Shown in pieces: positions 25,050 through 35,240 of a DNA stretch of 44,331 nucleotides. Made by a program: the position numbers and the translations under genes. Under the pieces are notes generated by a model. The model made no database searches. It was not told where the DNA came from and worked only from the letters and a program-made list of their open reading frames with translations. Source of the stretch: Ekhidna sp. (GTDB lineage Bacteria; Bacteroidota; Bacteroidia; Cytophagales; Cyclobacteriaceae); NCBI GenBank assembly GCA_013214445.1, contig JABSPG010000006.1, positions 1 through 44,331 of the forward strand, written 5' to 3'. Numbering within the stretch: position 1 is the first letter of the stretch; each line of letters starts with the position of its first letter.

Positions 25050-25102
25050 ATACAACTATCGTATAAGCAACCGTTTAGAATGGTGCTTATACTAAGTTAT
25101 GT
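25050..25102. repeat. attC-like site D (short loop)
   Basis: ATACAAC-TATC-GTATAAGCA(A)CC-gtttagaat-GGTGCTTATAC-TAA-GTTATGT, an 11-bp inner stem with one extrahelical base. Confidence 0.7.
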
Positions 25103-25107
25103 TTTTC

Positions 25108-25138
25108 TTGCATAGTATAAAGATATGTATTATGTTTG
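25108..25138 (+). promoter_or_regulatory. Bacteroidota sigma-A promoter
   Basis: TTG (25108-25110), 20-nt spacer, TATGTTTG (25131-25138). Confidence 0.7.
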
Positions 25139-25142
25139 TGCC

Positions 25143-25207
25143 TGACGAGAACGGTTTAGAGTTAATTCGTCGCGCTCTATGAAGGTTCGATTCCTTCGCT
25201 CGTTACT
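25143..25207 (+). ncRNA. tRNA-like element 3
   Basis: TGACGAG-AACGGTT-TAGAG(ttaattcgtcgcg)CTCTA-T-GAAGG TTCGATT CCTTC-G-CTCGTTA, starting at the expected transcription start. Confidence 0.7.
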
Positions 25208-25220
25208 AAAAACAAAGGTT

Positions 25221-25499
25221 ATGAATAAAGTTATATACAAGTATCTATTGTACCCGCATGGTAAGTCAGTTATAGAGATGCCTATTGGTGCTGAATTACT
25301 ACACGTAAACAGCCAAAAAAACACTATATGCGTGTGGGCTTTAGTTTCCCCTGAAGATATAGTAGAAGAGAGGTATTTTGAGGTGTTTTTTACTGGGGAG
25401 GATATACATTATGATATGGGTATAGAACGAAAGTATTTAGGTACTTGTCACACTCATTCAGACTCATTGGTTCGCCATATCTTTGAAAGAATAAATTAA
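25221..25499 (+). CDS. Small conserved phage protein (IYKY...MP.GAE.L.V..Q....CVWALV family, DUF7352-like)
   Basis: True start is probably ATG 25221. Characteristic motifs include FTGE and YLGT...LVRHIFE. Confidence 0.7.
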   Translation: MNKVIYKYLLYPHGKSVIEMPIGAELLHVNSQKNTICVWALVSPEDIVEERYFEVFFTGEDIHYDMGIERKYLGTCHTHSDSLVRHIFERIN

Positions 25500-25536
25500 T
25501 TTTCGTCTCGTTATAGAGTAAGTTTTGGTTAAAGTT

Positions 25537-25573
25537 AGAAAGCCCCTTGGAAACGTCTAAGGGGTTTCTTTTT
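25537..25573 (+). terminator. Rho-independent terminator
   Basis: AGAAAGCCCCTTGG-AAACGT-CTAAGGGGTTTCT followed by a T run. Confidence 0.7.
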
Positions 25574-25586
25574 GTATCTTTGTTCC

Positions 25587-26417
25587 ATGGTTAGTGTGAT
25601 TAATACCTACAACAGGCTTAGGGATGTATGCAACGAGGATCAAATGGGCTTCGTTACCCCTGAGGTGTTTAACTCCTTGTCTGAATTAGCACAGCTCAAC
25701 GTATTCAATGAGATGTTTCAAGGAATGAGTGAGGCCAAGCGCCGAAGGCTCAGAGGGATTGACTCGAAGCGAGAGGTTGGCATGGCCAAGATGATGAGGG
25801 AGGACCTATCTCAGTTCGTTACAGAACAGGAATTAAGGGATATTGACACGGTCAACGAGTACGAAGACAATGTGTCCGATGGCATCTCACTAACCGAGGT
25901 CAACCAAGGAGACGGCAGGGCATTCAGGAAGCCATCCGACATAGGGAGGGTCATATCAATGAGGTCTACCTCTTGCCTGGATAACAACATGGAGATCCTG
26001 TACGATGTTGAGAAACTAAACAGGGTTCTAAACAGCAACCTATCAAGGCCGACACCAGAGTTCCCTGTGGCCTTAATATCTAACAGGATACAGGTATTCC
26101 CTAACGAGCATGATGACCAGGTCTTCATAACCTACTACAGGGTTCCTAGGTCCGTGCTTGTGATCGATGTTGAGGGACAAGGTAGGGCAGGAGACGTTGA
26201 CTTCACGTCCACGCCAACCTTCGCCGTGCAAAGCATTGACCCTACTACTGGGTTCGCTATACCTAACCCTAAGAACTGCAGGGACTTTGAGTTGCCAGGG
26301 CACTACTTGGACGCTCTGGTCATGGAATTGTCCAAGCTGATAGGCGTGAGGTTAAGGGATGACTACCTGATTAGCGTGGGGACAAGGGAGAGTGTTGAAC
26401 AAGACCATAGATCATAA
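25587..26417 (+). CDS. Tail tubular/ring (head-tail adaptor) protein
   Basis: Likely start is ATG 25587, after TATCTTTG (25575-25582). Motifs N.DQMGFVTPEVFN...AQL, ITYYRVP and DFELP...LV......IGV.LRD match crAss-like ring proteins. Confidence 0.7.
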   Translation: MVSVINTYNRLRDVCNEDQMGFVTPEVFNSLSELAQLNVFNEMFQGMSEAKRRRLRGIDSKREVGMAKMMREDLSQFVTEQELRDIDTVNEYEDNVSDGISLTEVNQGDGRAFRKPSDIGRVISMRSTSCLDNNMEILYDVEKLNRVLNSNLSRPTPEFPVALISNRIQVFPNEHDDQVFITYYRVPRSVLVIDVEGQGRAGDVDFTSTPTFAVQSIDPTTGFAIPNPKNCRDFELPGHYLDALVMELSKLIGVRLRDDYLISVGTRESVEQDHRS

Positions 26418-26419
26418 CA

Positions 26420-27304
26420 ATGGCTTACAATGACGTATCTGAAAGCGGGATGAACTTTGTCACGCTTCAACAAATGATAAACGACTACATCGTCACGATG
26501 CAGGAGGATGACTACGATTCCTCGGCGAGCGATGTGGTCATAAGGAACTTCGCCCTAAGGGGTATCAGGGAACTAGGGTTCGACCTATCAAGGAGGATCA
26601 AGTCCCTTAAGCTAGCTGTAAACACAACCAATAAGACAGTAGACCTGCCAGATGATTTTGTTAATTGGGTCAAGGTTGGCGTGGTTGGTGACGATGGTAT
26701 TGTCCACGTTCTGCGTCACAACAAGGCAATCAATTACTCACAGAAGTACGAGGTTGACTCGTCAGGCGATCGAACGAACGAAACAAACGACAGCCAGCAA
26801 GGACCCCTAAACATTGATGACAACTACGTGCTAGACAGGGAGGCCTCTAAGTCGGCAACGGCTGGAGCCCTTAACGTGAGCACTGAGGACATCAATAACT
26901 TCAACGCATACATATTCAGGAACTTCGTTTGGAACAATAACGTTGGTAGGTTGTACGGTGTTGGTGGCGGCCAAGGCAATGGAGAGTTCAGGGTTAACCT
27001 TGATGAGAATAGGATCGAGCTAGAGGTGAATGGAGACGTCACTGAGGTGGTCATTGAGTATATCGCTGATGAGGCCCGTTCAACAAACCCTGTTATCCAT
27101 GTTTTTCTTGAGGAGGCGCTAAGGGCTTACGTCTATTACAAAATCATCTCACGTAGCTCTGCGGTACCATCACGCGAGAAACACAGGGCTGAGAAAGAAT
27201 GGGGTAAGGAGAGGCGAAAGGCTAAGATCCGTCAACAAAATATAACCAAGGAAGAGATACTCGGTGTCATCCGACAGAACTTCAAGCAAGCACCTAAGGC
27301 GTAA
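26420..27304 (+). CDS. Tail tubular/ring protein
   Basis: Motifs ALRGIRELGFD, LPDDFVNWVKV, VVIEYIAD and EEALRAYVYY. Confidence 0.7.
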   Translation: MAYNDVSESGMNFVTLQQMINDYIVTMQEDDYDSSASDVVIRNFALRGIRELGFDLSRRIKSLKLAVNTTNKTVDLPDDFVNWVKVGVVGDDGIVHVLRHNKAINYSQKYEVDSSGDRTNETNDSQQGPLNIDDNYVLDREASKSATAGALNVSTEDINNFNAYIFRNFVWNNNVGRLYGVGGGQGNGEFRVNLDENRIELEVNGDVTEVVIEYIADEARSTNPVIHVFLEEALRAYVYYKIISRSSAVPSREKHRAEKEWGKERRKAKIRQQNITKEEILGVIRQNFKQAPKA

Positions 27305-30300
27305 TGATTGATAAGAGATTCCCTAGGAAATTAAACCAGTCTGTTGACTCGAGACTAAGGGGTAAGGACGAGATGATCGATGCCTTAGACATAGACGTGT
27401 CCGAAAGGTTCTCGGACTCCAATAATTCTGATGGGGTGACTGGTAGTGGAGGGGTTGTGAAACCTAAGAGGGGTCAGGTATTGGTTCAGGGTAACGAGCA
27501 GTCAGACCAGGCAGTACAAGACACATCATTCCAGAAAGCAATTGGTTCATGTACGGATACTAGGATGGATGTGGCGCTCTATGCTGTGTGGAGCTCATCC
27601 GCGTCAGACATGGGTGTATACGCTTACGATCCTTATGGCAACCTACCTGGGTCGTTGGGTCCAGAGAACATGCGTAAGGTATGGACATCAAGCCTGTTCA
27701 ATTTTCCCCAGAATGGTTTCGCGGACATGGAGGTGGTGTACACTAATGAGAGGTTTGTGATCGACGGGTTTGAGTTAGACTTTACCCCTTACTTACTACT
27801 GACAGATAATGTAAACGAACCAAAGAAGATTAACATACTGAGGGCCCTAACGGAGGACCTTAGTGACTACAATGATCTTGATGAGGTTGACTTTATAACG
27901 GCGTGCCCTAAGACACCAATGATAGCCCCAACCTTTGAGTTCGTTTCTGACCCGTCAAGGACAAGGAGTAACTACGAGGGTGTTAGTGGGTTGCAGTTCG
28001 CGTACCAGTGTTTATATAAGGGAGGTGTTGAGACAGCCCTCTCAACCTACAGTGATCTTGCGGTGCCGCCAAGCTACGTGAACCAAGGTACACTACTAAC
28101 TCCAGCATTGATTCAGCACAACAAGTGTGTTATTACGGTACCTACTTCATCGTTATCCAGTGAGGTGGATAAGGTTAGGTTAGTGGCGCGGGAGGGTAAT
28201 ACTGGATCCTTCTTCATGGTTGACGAATATGAGGTAGATAACACGCAGGACCTGATCATTGATTACTACAATGATAGGCTGACAACGATCATACCTGAGG
28301 AGGATGAGGACAAGAGGTACGACAATCTCCCTCACAAGGCGGAGACACTTGCGGTAACCCAGAACAGGTTGTTCTACGGTAACTACGTTCAGGATAGGGA
28401 TGTGCCTGACGTTGATGTTGATATCACTGTTGACTACGAGCCAAGGCCTAACGACTTCACTGAGTACACCCTGAGTGTGACACCACATATCTTCCAGGTT
28501 GATAAGAACAACGAGCTTGATGCACTACTGAATAACATACCAGATGGTGTGTCAAACCGTGTGGCTGGCTTCTGGATAGACACCTTCCAGTTGCCATTCA
28601 ATATTCCTCAAGGGACGGTAATCAACCTTGAGTTCGTGGTTGCACCAGAAAGAAACTGGCACCTATACAACACGGACGTTAACTCATACCATGGCTCCAG
28701 GTACGTGTTCCCTTCAACGGGTGACTACGTGACCGACCTTAATGACGGGACCTTGGCCCCGCTTGATGAGACCTTGACATCCATATATACTGACTCGAAT
28801 GTGCTCGTGGGGCAGAGCCAGGTATCACCTATGTTTGGTCAGAACGCAGGTGTGGCGGTAACGCTGCCATCACAATCAAGGCCTAAGTGGGTTACCACTA
28901 GTGGTGAGTTCGCAGGCCAAGAAACAGATGTTGCGTTTGGAACATCCGCTGGGAACCCATTGATACTTAAGGGATCCTCTGTGTCATTCTCATTCTCCAT
29001 AAGGCTGCAGGATGATACAACGGTACCACAGTTAAAGAACATTGTGACGGAGGTGCTTACAGGATCAACAGAGGTTGAGGGCGTTGATGTCATATCGTCC
29101 AACGTGTCCCCTAATGTTTCATTCGACCTTAACCTACGCGGCGCAGGCGAGACGGTCATAGATGTGAACAGCACTACGAACTCAATTGCTTCCTTGATCA
29201 CGGCCTGTGCTGACTCACAGGTGGTTGAGGGCGGTCTGCAGTACCTACCTGCGTTCGTGACGCCTGGTGGATCAGTGCTTAGTGCTGCGCCAGTCGGCTG
29301 TTTCATCGTTGATAAGGCCGAGGTTGATTTCGGGTTAAGGGTGGTAAACCCTTACTCTGATGATGAGGCATACGAGAACGATATCTTTGTCGGTATTGAT
29401 ATCAAGTCTATATCTGGAGTTGAGACGGTCACTGCGATACCTGAGACCGCTGCATCATCTGGTAAAATAAGCAAATGGAAGGTGTACAGTAAGGATTACC
29501 TTCTTGATGTTCCTTCGGCTGGAAGGTTCGTTGATGAGGACCTAACCATACCTAACCTAGCGATCTCTGATGAGGACTCACAGGAGGATAGGTTCTTACC
29601 TACCTACCTTAGCAGGAGACTGATGGCTGGTTACCTTGATTTGAATGGTTCGAGGCTGTACTCGACCAGAGGGGATACCATTGAGGGGCTGATCCAAGAG
29701 GGTGTTGTTGTTGATGACAACATAGCCTCCCTATTAGGTACATCCATCGTTGATGGACAGGGTGGGCCATACGCACTTAGGAGTGTTAGTAACCAAGGGA
29801 CATCCATCATAGAGGGGTCTGTCTCTTCACTGATGTTGATGCAGGGGTCGATCGGGGGTAGCATGCTTGAGGCAATTGATGTGTCATTATGGACGGTTAT
29901 GTCTCAGATACAAGGGGACACTGATGTACAGATATTCTCTCCTCCTAGCTACTACACAGCACAGAACACTAGTGACCTACCTGAGGTTGAGGTGCTCTCT
30001 GTTGAGTCCTTCGGATTCAATGAGGGGGAGGTAACGCAATCATTCAAGACCAATGCCACCCACCCCTTCGTCATTGCTTACTACGACCAAAGGGGCAGGC
30101 TTGGCGCCATGGCTGAGTTAGGGGATGTGTTCGTTGCTGGGTACTCCAACCTAGAGAGGGATGGTGAGCTACATGGTAACGTAAGGATAAGCTTCCAGTT
30201 TAACCACAATCCGCCTGAGTGGGCGTTCACTTACAAGGTACTATACTCTGGCAACAGCACAGTGAAAGACTTTATTCAGTACACCACTGGTGGTGCGTTC

Positions 30301-31677
30301 ACCCCTACCTCTAACGAGGAGGATGAGAACCTCATTTATGTGTCACTGAACTACCTTCAAGGGTCATCATCCGTTTCTTACTCTAAGGCCTTTGGGTCTG
30401 TCAATGAGGACGGGGATAAGGATTTCTATACGTTCACCGAGGGTGATAAGTTAAGGATCATATCTTACTACGATAACGACACGGACAGGGTGTTCCCTTA
30501 TAACTACGACTTCAACGTGGTTGGCACCGCAAACCTGACGGACGACCCCGATTCCAACCCGTTGGTTGATAGTGAGTTAGAATCAAGCGTTATAGAGGCT
30601 AAGCAAGGCCAATTCGTTATACTTAAGAGCAACCCTAATGCCAGTGGCTTCACCTATACAGAGGTTCGTGGCGCGAACATAAACCCGTCCACCAGCTTAC
30701 ACAAGTGGAACAACAGGTGTGTGGTCGAGCTATACAAACCAGCCAAGGCACAGGAGACTGAGGATAGGTTCTTCTACGAGGTAACGGACTCTTATAGGGT
30801 GGTAAGGGAGCTCAATGATGAGGGTGACCTAGTGCTCACCCATGAGGATAACCCTGTGGAACTAACCAAGGGTGATGTTTGGTGGCGACGTGTTGCGGTT
30901 AACATACCAACGTACGAGAACGCACTATTCAAGAATATAATAGAGGACGAGGAGTCCAACCCTAAGTTCAGGCCTTACTACCTAGAGTCAAACACTTTCA
31001 GTGACCAGTTCCCAGGTAACAACTCATGGAACAGGGGTAAGGGCTACTTCTTGAGGAGGACTGGCGAGACAAGGAGGTTGAGCTCGTACACATTCAGTGA
31101 CCTAAATAACTACGAGAGTAACCTGTTCAGGTTTACGTCCTTCAACGCGTCTAAGTCTAACTACAAGGACGCGCCAGATCGGTACGGTGTTATCAATAAG
31201 CTCGTAGATAACGGGGAATCCCTTATCACTATACAGCAGGACAAGTTCATCGCTTGGCCAATCAACAGGAACATGATAACCGACGCTGCTGGCGTTGACC
31301 AACTGATTGTCTCTAGTGATATCATTGGCACACCTAGGATATACACAGGTGACTACGGTTGTGATGGCAACCCTGAGTCCGTTGTTCGTTGTGGCAAGAA
31401 CATATACTTTGCTAACAAGACAATGGCGGAGGTGTATAGGTTCAACCCAACCAACGGGCTTGCCGTTATATCCGAGTCAGGGATGAAGGACTTCTTCTAC
31501 AGGTTGTTCACCACAGCAATGGCTAACAGTGACATAAGGGTTGTTGGCGGGTACGACCCTTTGAAGGATGAGTACTTGATCACGGTGATCCCAACCAATA
31601 TTATTGACTACATTCAAGGTAACGAACCTACCTTCATTAGGCAGGACGCAGTATCTGATATAAACCCAGGAGGATAA
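27304..31677 (+). CDS. Tail stabilisation (muzzle, P22 gp10-like) protein, N-terminal part
   Basis: Motifs KLNQSVDSRL...DALDI, TDNVNEPKKINI, QFAYQCLY, NRLFYGNY, SFKTN.TH.F.IAYYD..GR, YG...NPES and VVGGYDP..DEYL. Confidence 0.78.
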   Translation: MIDKRFPRKLNQSVDSRLRGKDEMIDALDIDVSERFSDSNNSDGVTGSGGVVKPKRGQVLVQGNEQSDQAVQDTSFQKAIGSCTDTRMDVALYAVWSSSASDMGVYAYDPYGNLPGSLGPENMRKVWTSSLFNFPQNGFADMEVVYTNERFVIDGFELDFTPYLLLTDNVNEPKKINILRALTEDLSDYNDLDEVDFITACPKTPMIAPTFEFVSDPSRTRSNYEGVSGLQFAYQCLYKGGVETALSTYSDLAVPPSYVNQGTLLTPALIQHNKCVITVPTSSLSSEVDKVRLVAREGNTGSFFMVDEYEVDNTQDLIIDYYNDRLTTIIPEEDEDKRYDNLPHKAETLAVTQNRLFYGNYVQDRDVPDVDVDITVDYEPRPNDFTEYTLSVTPHIFQVDKNNELDALLNNIPDGVSNRVAGFWIDTFQLPFNIPQGTVINLEFVVAPERNWHLYNTDVNSYHGSRYVFPSTGDYVTDLNDGTLAPLDETLTSIYTDSNVLVGQSQVSPMFGQNAGVAVTLPSQSRPKWVTTSGEFAGQETDVAFGTSAGNPLILKGSSVSFSFSIRLQDDTTVPQLKNIVTEVLTGSTEVEGVDVISSNVSPNVSFDLNLRGAGETVIDVNSTTNSIASLITACADSQVVEGGLQYLPAFVTPGGSVLSAAPVGCFIVDKAEVDFGLRVVNPYSDDEAYENDIFVGIDIKSISGVETVTAIPETAASSGKISKWKVYSKDYLLDVPSAGRFVDEDLTIPNLAISDEDSQEDRFLPTYLSRRLMAGYLDLNGSRLYSTRGDTIEGLIQEGVVVDDNIASLLGTSIVDGQGGPYALRSVSNQGTSIIEGSVSSLMLMQGSIGGSMLEAIDVSLWTVMSQIQGDTDVQIFSPPSYYTAQNTSDLPEVEVLSVESFGFNEGEVTQSFKTNATHPFVIAYYDQRGRLGAMAELGDVFVAGYSNLERDGELHGNVRISFQFNHNPPEWAFTYKVLYSGNSTVKDFIQYTTGGAFTPTSNEEDENLIYVSLNYLQGSSSVSYSKAFGSVNEDGDKDFYTFTEGDKLRIISYYDNDTDRVFPYNYDFNVVGTANLTDDPDSNPLVDSELESSVIEAKQGQFVILKSNPNASGFTYTEVRGANINPSTSLHKWNNRCVVELYKPAKAQETEDRFFYEVTDSYRVVRELNDEGDLVLTHEDNPVELTKGDVWWRRVAVNIPTYENALFKNIIEDEESNPKFRPYYLESNTFSDQFPGNNSWNRGKGYFLRRTGETRRLSSYTFSDLNNYESNLFRFTSFNASKSNYKDAPDRYGVINKLVDNGESLITIQQDKFIAWPINRNMITDAAGVDQLIVSSDIIGTPRIYTGDYGCDGNPESVVRCGKNIYFANKTMAEVYRFNPTNGLAVISESGMKDFFYRLFTTAMANSDIRVVGGYDPLKDEYLITVIPTNIIDYIQGNEPTFIRQDAVSDINPGG

Positions 31678-31679
31678 CC

Positions 31680-32771
31680 ATGCCATCTAAAGTAGAGACA
31701 ATCATAAACGAACTAGGTACCTTCAGTGCACCGCAGACGGTGGCGTTCTCTAATAGCGGTGGTTACTGGAAGACAAGGTACAGGGCGACACCCCTTTGCT
31801 ACGCAACGGTAGGAAACAAGATGACCTCTTCACCAAGGAACATCCAAGAAGGAGCCATCATATGGGAGCACAACAAAGGACCAATTGGTTCCAACTATGG
31901 TGTGGTATCTAGCTTTGGTTCAATGTTGGTTGGGTCGTTCAATGATAACGTCTCCGCCAACAAACTATACAAGTCGGTCTCGATCGAAGGAACGGGCAAC
32001 GTGCTTAGGATTTTCAGTGGTGTGTACGTTAACTCATCACCAGACATCAGTCAGTTAAGGGCAGCTAGCTTCAAACCTATGAAGCACAAGGGTGGTATAC
32101 TTTACGCATCAATAACTGGCTCATCATCGATGAACAGCTCATCAAGTAACTACCAACTGATAGGTAGGGTGAAGGAGGGTGTTGACCTTATCGACATGGG
32201 CCCTGGTCAGACTGGCGGGTACTCAGGGCTTAATAACTTCGTGTTCTTGGCTTTAGAACCTACGGGTTCAAGTATTGCCACTCACCTAAGTAATGATGCA
32301 AAGTTTGTGTTTGGTTTCACGCAGAATGACGGAACGATTGATCTTGTGACGTTAGAGTCTTTCGGTCCTTTCGACCAGCCAGACATAGACCCTTTCTTTA
32401 TATTTACTAGTGTCAACGCGTCCACACCTTATGATGAGATCGCTGAGACAATTGAAGTGCCTGAGGATACTATACATTTCTACTCTCAAGTTACTGGTGA
32501 GGAGGGGGTATTTATTAGGTTAACAAACCTTTTTGATCCTAACGCCCCAGACGTGGCACTTAACGCAGCTTTTTACGAGAGGTTGAACAACCATATATCA
32601 TCCTACCCAGACAGGCCAGTGTATCTTTATCAGGTCTCTAACGGTGAGGTTAATGGTGAATCACCTAAGGGGCAGTACGCCGACTACGTGATATTCTTAG
32701 GTAACGAGGACTTCGAGTTGCACGCAGTGAACGCTAACTATGTGCCTATAAGGCTTGATCATAGTAGGTAA
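31680..32771 (+). CDS. Tail protein resembling the C-terminal part of the stabilisation protein
   Basis: Motifs TVAFSN..GYWKTRY...IWEHN...NYG...FNDNVSANKLYKSVSIEG and a terminal FELHAVNA. Confidence 0.6.
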   Translation: MPSKVETIINELGTFSAPQTVAFSNSGGYWKTRYRATPLCYATVGNKMTSSPRNIQEGAIIWEHNKGPIGSNYGVVSSFGSMLVGSFNDNVSANKLYKSVSIEGTGNVLRIFSGVYVNSSPDISQLRAASFKPMKHKGGILYASITGSSSMNSSSSNYQLIGRVKEGVDLIDMGPGQTGGYSGLNNFVFLALEPTGSSIATHLSNDAKFVFGFTQNDGTIDLVTLESFGPFDQPDIDPFFIFTSVNASTPYDEIAETIEVPEDTIHFYSQVTGEEGVFIRLTNLFDPNAPDVALNAAFYERLNNHISSYPDRPVYLYQVSNGEVNGESPKGQYADYVIFLGNEDFELHAVNANYVPIRLDHSR

Positions 32772-32787
32772 TTTCGCATCAATGTAG

Positions 32788-32795
32788 TACTTTTG
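32788..32795 (+). promoter_or_regulatory. TAnnTTTG -7 promoter element
   Basis: TACTTTTG, 4 nt before ATG 32800. Confidence 0.55.
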
Positions 32796-32799
32796 TACT

Positions 32800-33603
32800 A
32801 TGGCATTAGATCCAATCACTTTATCATTGATCAGTCAAGGCATCGGCGGAGGCCTTAAGTTCTTTGGGGCTCACAAAGCACAGAAGGACGCTGAGAGGAG
32901 GGCGAACAGTTTCGCCGACCAGATACCTGGCCTAAGGCGCAGGCTTAATTCATTACAGTTTGGCGTTGACCAGAGCCAGTTTGACGTGGCTGAACAGGGT
33001 GGTATCCTTGCAGAGGAGGCAACACAACAAGCGATAGAGCAGGCGCAAAGACAGGAATCACAGATCGCCTCAGGTATAAGGACTGGTGACGCTCGAATGG
33101 CGGCTGGCCTGGCGAAGACAATAGGTGACCTCCAGAGGAAGACGAACATCATCGCTACTGAGGGCGCTCGAGAGAAGGTTGGTTATGACTCAGCCCTATC
33201 AAGGGAGGTTCAACGTGTAAAGGATGCTAACAAGTCAAAGGATATACGCTTATCTGAGTTGGACTTAAGGCGGAGCGAGGCAGGCTTCGATGCCCAGCAG
33301 TACGCAGCTGACGCCAACTTTCAAGCCAAGCTTGATGCCATAGGAGCTACCGCATCTGGCCTTGGTTCGTCACTCATGATGTCTGGGATTAACGCTCAGT
33401 CACCTAAGGACAGTGGCCTTAACGCTGATAGCGTGGGGATGGACTTTGGTTCTGCAGCAACAGATATTATCAATAAAGGTGTAGAGGGTTCTTCTTCTGA
33501 AGCAATGGGTAGTTTAGGGGCTTCAGGCTCTAAACAGATCAATGCTGAGCAGGTAAGGAGGGCGCTAGAGGTCTTAGGAATAATGTACCAACATGGAGAG
33601 TAA
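32800..33603 (+). CDS. Probable internal virion/ejection protein
   Basis: Gly/Ala/Gln-rich and helical with a hydrophobic Gly-rich N-terminus. First of three ORFs after the tail genes. Confidence 0.6.
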   Translation: MALDPITLSLISQGIGGGLKFFGAHKAQKDAERRANSFADQIPGLRRRLNSLQFGVDQSQFDVAEQGGILAEEATQQAIEQAQRQESQIASGIRTGDARMAAGLAKTIGDLQRKTNIIATEGAREKVGYDSALSREVQRVKDANKSKDIRLSELDLRRSEAGFDAQQYAADANFQAKLDAIGATASGLGSSLMMSGINAQSPKDSGLNADSVGMDFGSAATDIINKGVEGSSSEAMGSLGASGSKQINAEQVRRALEVLGIMYQHGE

Positions 33604-35239
33604 CCCATCATCAACCCCTGCAAAAGGGTTCATTGTAGAGGACCCAACCAGGGACATACAGTCTTACACTAGGGAGCTACAGGGTGCTGAGCGCCAGAGG
33701 TACCAAAGGTTAGAAAACCTTAAGGCGCAGGAGCTAAGGAAGGAAGAGCTCAAACAAAAAAACATTGACAACCTGTATGGGTATGATGCAAGCTCCCTCG
33801 TGGAGAGTGGTAGACAGTTCTTCGAGAAGGAGAGGTCGAGGGTTTCCAAGCTCTTATCTGAGGCGGACGACCTTAATGAAATCAGGAGGGAAGTGGCTAA
33901 GCTTGGGTCTACTTATAGCCAGCTCAAAGGATACAGGACAAAAGAGACGGACGCAGCGATGGGTGTTAGCAGGGATCTATCTTATGCTCCAGCGGCAGAG
34001 GTAGATAAGTATGCATCAAGGAAGTATGGTGACCTATACACTATATCATCTATCGACCTAAACCCAGACTCATACGCAGCCAAGAGGACATCATGGGAGA
34101 ACCCGTTCGACCCTAACAAGGCTACGGTATCTGATGATGGTACGGTCATGGTGGAGGACGCAAACGGCCAATTGGTTCCGTTCAACCAGTTACCAGCCTA
34201 CGCGAACCCTAACGTATGGGACTTCCAGCCAGAGTTCAAGGATGTTAGTTCCTTTGGTAGCACGCAGGCCTTCGCTAACGTTGCTGGCACAAGGACATCC
34301 ATTAAGTCGCACTCATCAACTGGATCATGGAGCAGGAAGGGCTCTGATGCTTACTTCGATTCAATGCTTGCAGACCCTAGCCAGAAGGGTGTTCAGTTCA
34401 GGATGGCCCTGCTTAACGACCTAAAGGATAAGGTTGGTGTTAGTGAGTGGCCACAAGAGTTCAAGGAGGACTTTGCTTCAATGAACTTTGATGACATGCC
34501 AGCCGACGCGCTGGATGAAATACTGGATGGAGGAAGGGATCTGTTCGCTGGGTTCTCTAAGTTCGAGAGGCGATCTACTAGTAGCCGTTCATCACGATCT
34601 AAACCAACCACCAAGCAACAGTTCAAGGATAACTTCTTCGAGGGTATGACGGTCAGCTCTGTTGGGAACTCAGGCGGGTCTTACGATGAGGTAACGTTCT
34701 CGGTTGATAAGCTTGCCCCAGTGTTGACATTAGAGAACGAAGAGGTATCCCTTATACATAATAACGAGAGGATGTCTGGTGAGTCATTAGTCTTATCCAA
34801 GATAGACGTGGAACCAGATAATATCACTATTGCTGTCGGACCTAACGGCAAGCTAGCCTTTAGGATTAACTCAGGGTTAGTGAAGACAAGGGGTAAGGAG
34901 TCAGCTGGATCTAGCGTGAGCCTTGCTAACATTGGTACTGAGTTCTATCTTGGTGCCGCTGGAGGTCTGCTCGGTGACGAGGAGTTCAGTTGGAATGCTA
35001 ACGCCACAGCTAAGGACACCTTCATATCTGACCTCACCCCAGGGGAGATCATAATTATGGAGGGTGATAAGAACTACCGCAAGGTATACAGTTACATGAA
35101 CGAAAGGTTCTCAGATAAGATGGGGATTAACTTTGAGGAGTTCATTAGTGAGATGGAGTCTAAGGTTAACGACAAGAAGAAATCGGGTCAGTTCGATACA
35201 ATACAGCTAGACCCATCACAGGAAACTATATTCAATTAA
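33593..35239 (+). CDS. Probable internal virion/ejection protein
   Basis: 548 aa, assigned by position. Confidence 0.5.
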   Translation: MESNPSSTPAKGFIVEDPTRDIQSYTRELQGAERQRYQRLENLKAQELRKEELKQKNIDNLYGYDASSLVESGRQFFEKERSRVSKLLSEADDLNEIRREVAKLGSTYSQLKGYRTKETDAAMGVSRDLSYAPAAEVDKYASRKYGDLYTISSIDLNPDSYAAKRTSWENPFDPNKATVSDDGTVMVEDANGQLVPFNQLPAYANPNVWDFQPEFKDVSSFGSTQAFANVAGTRTSIKSHSSTGSWSRKGSDAYFDSMLADPSQKGVQFRMALLNDLKDKVGVSEWPQEFKEDFASMNFDDMPADALDEILDGGRDLFAGFSKFERRSTSSRSSRSKPTTKQQFKDNFFEGMTVSSVGNSGGSYDEVTFSVDKLAPVLTLENEEVSLIHNNERMSGESLVLSKIDVEPDNITIAVGPNGKLAFRINSGLVKTRGKESAGSSVSLANIGTEFYLGAAGGLLGDEEFSWNANATAKDTFISDLTPGEIIIMEGDKNYRKVYSYMNERFSDKMGINFEEFISEMESKVNDKKKSGQFDTIQLDPSQETIFN

Positions 35240-35240
35240 G

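Noticed and set aside
25179-25220. N-terminal extension (MKVRFLRSLL...) of the 25179-25499 ORF
   Set aside because: It overlaps the T-arm of tRNA-like element 3. ATG 25221 has the A-rich leader and matches the family start.
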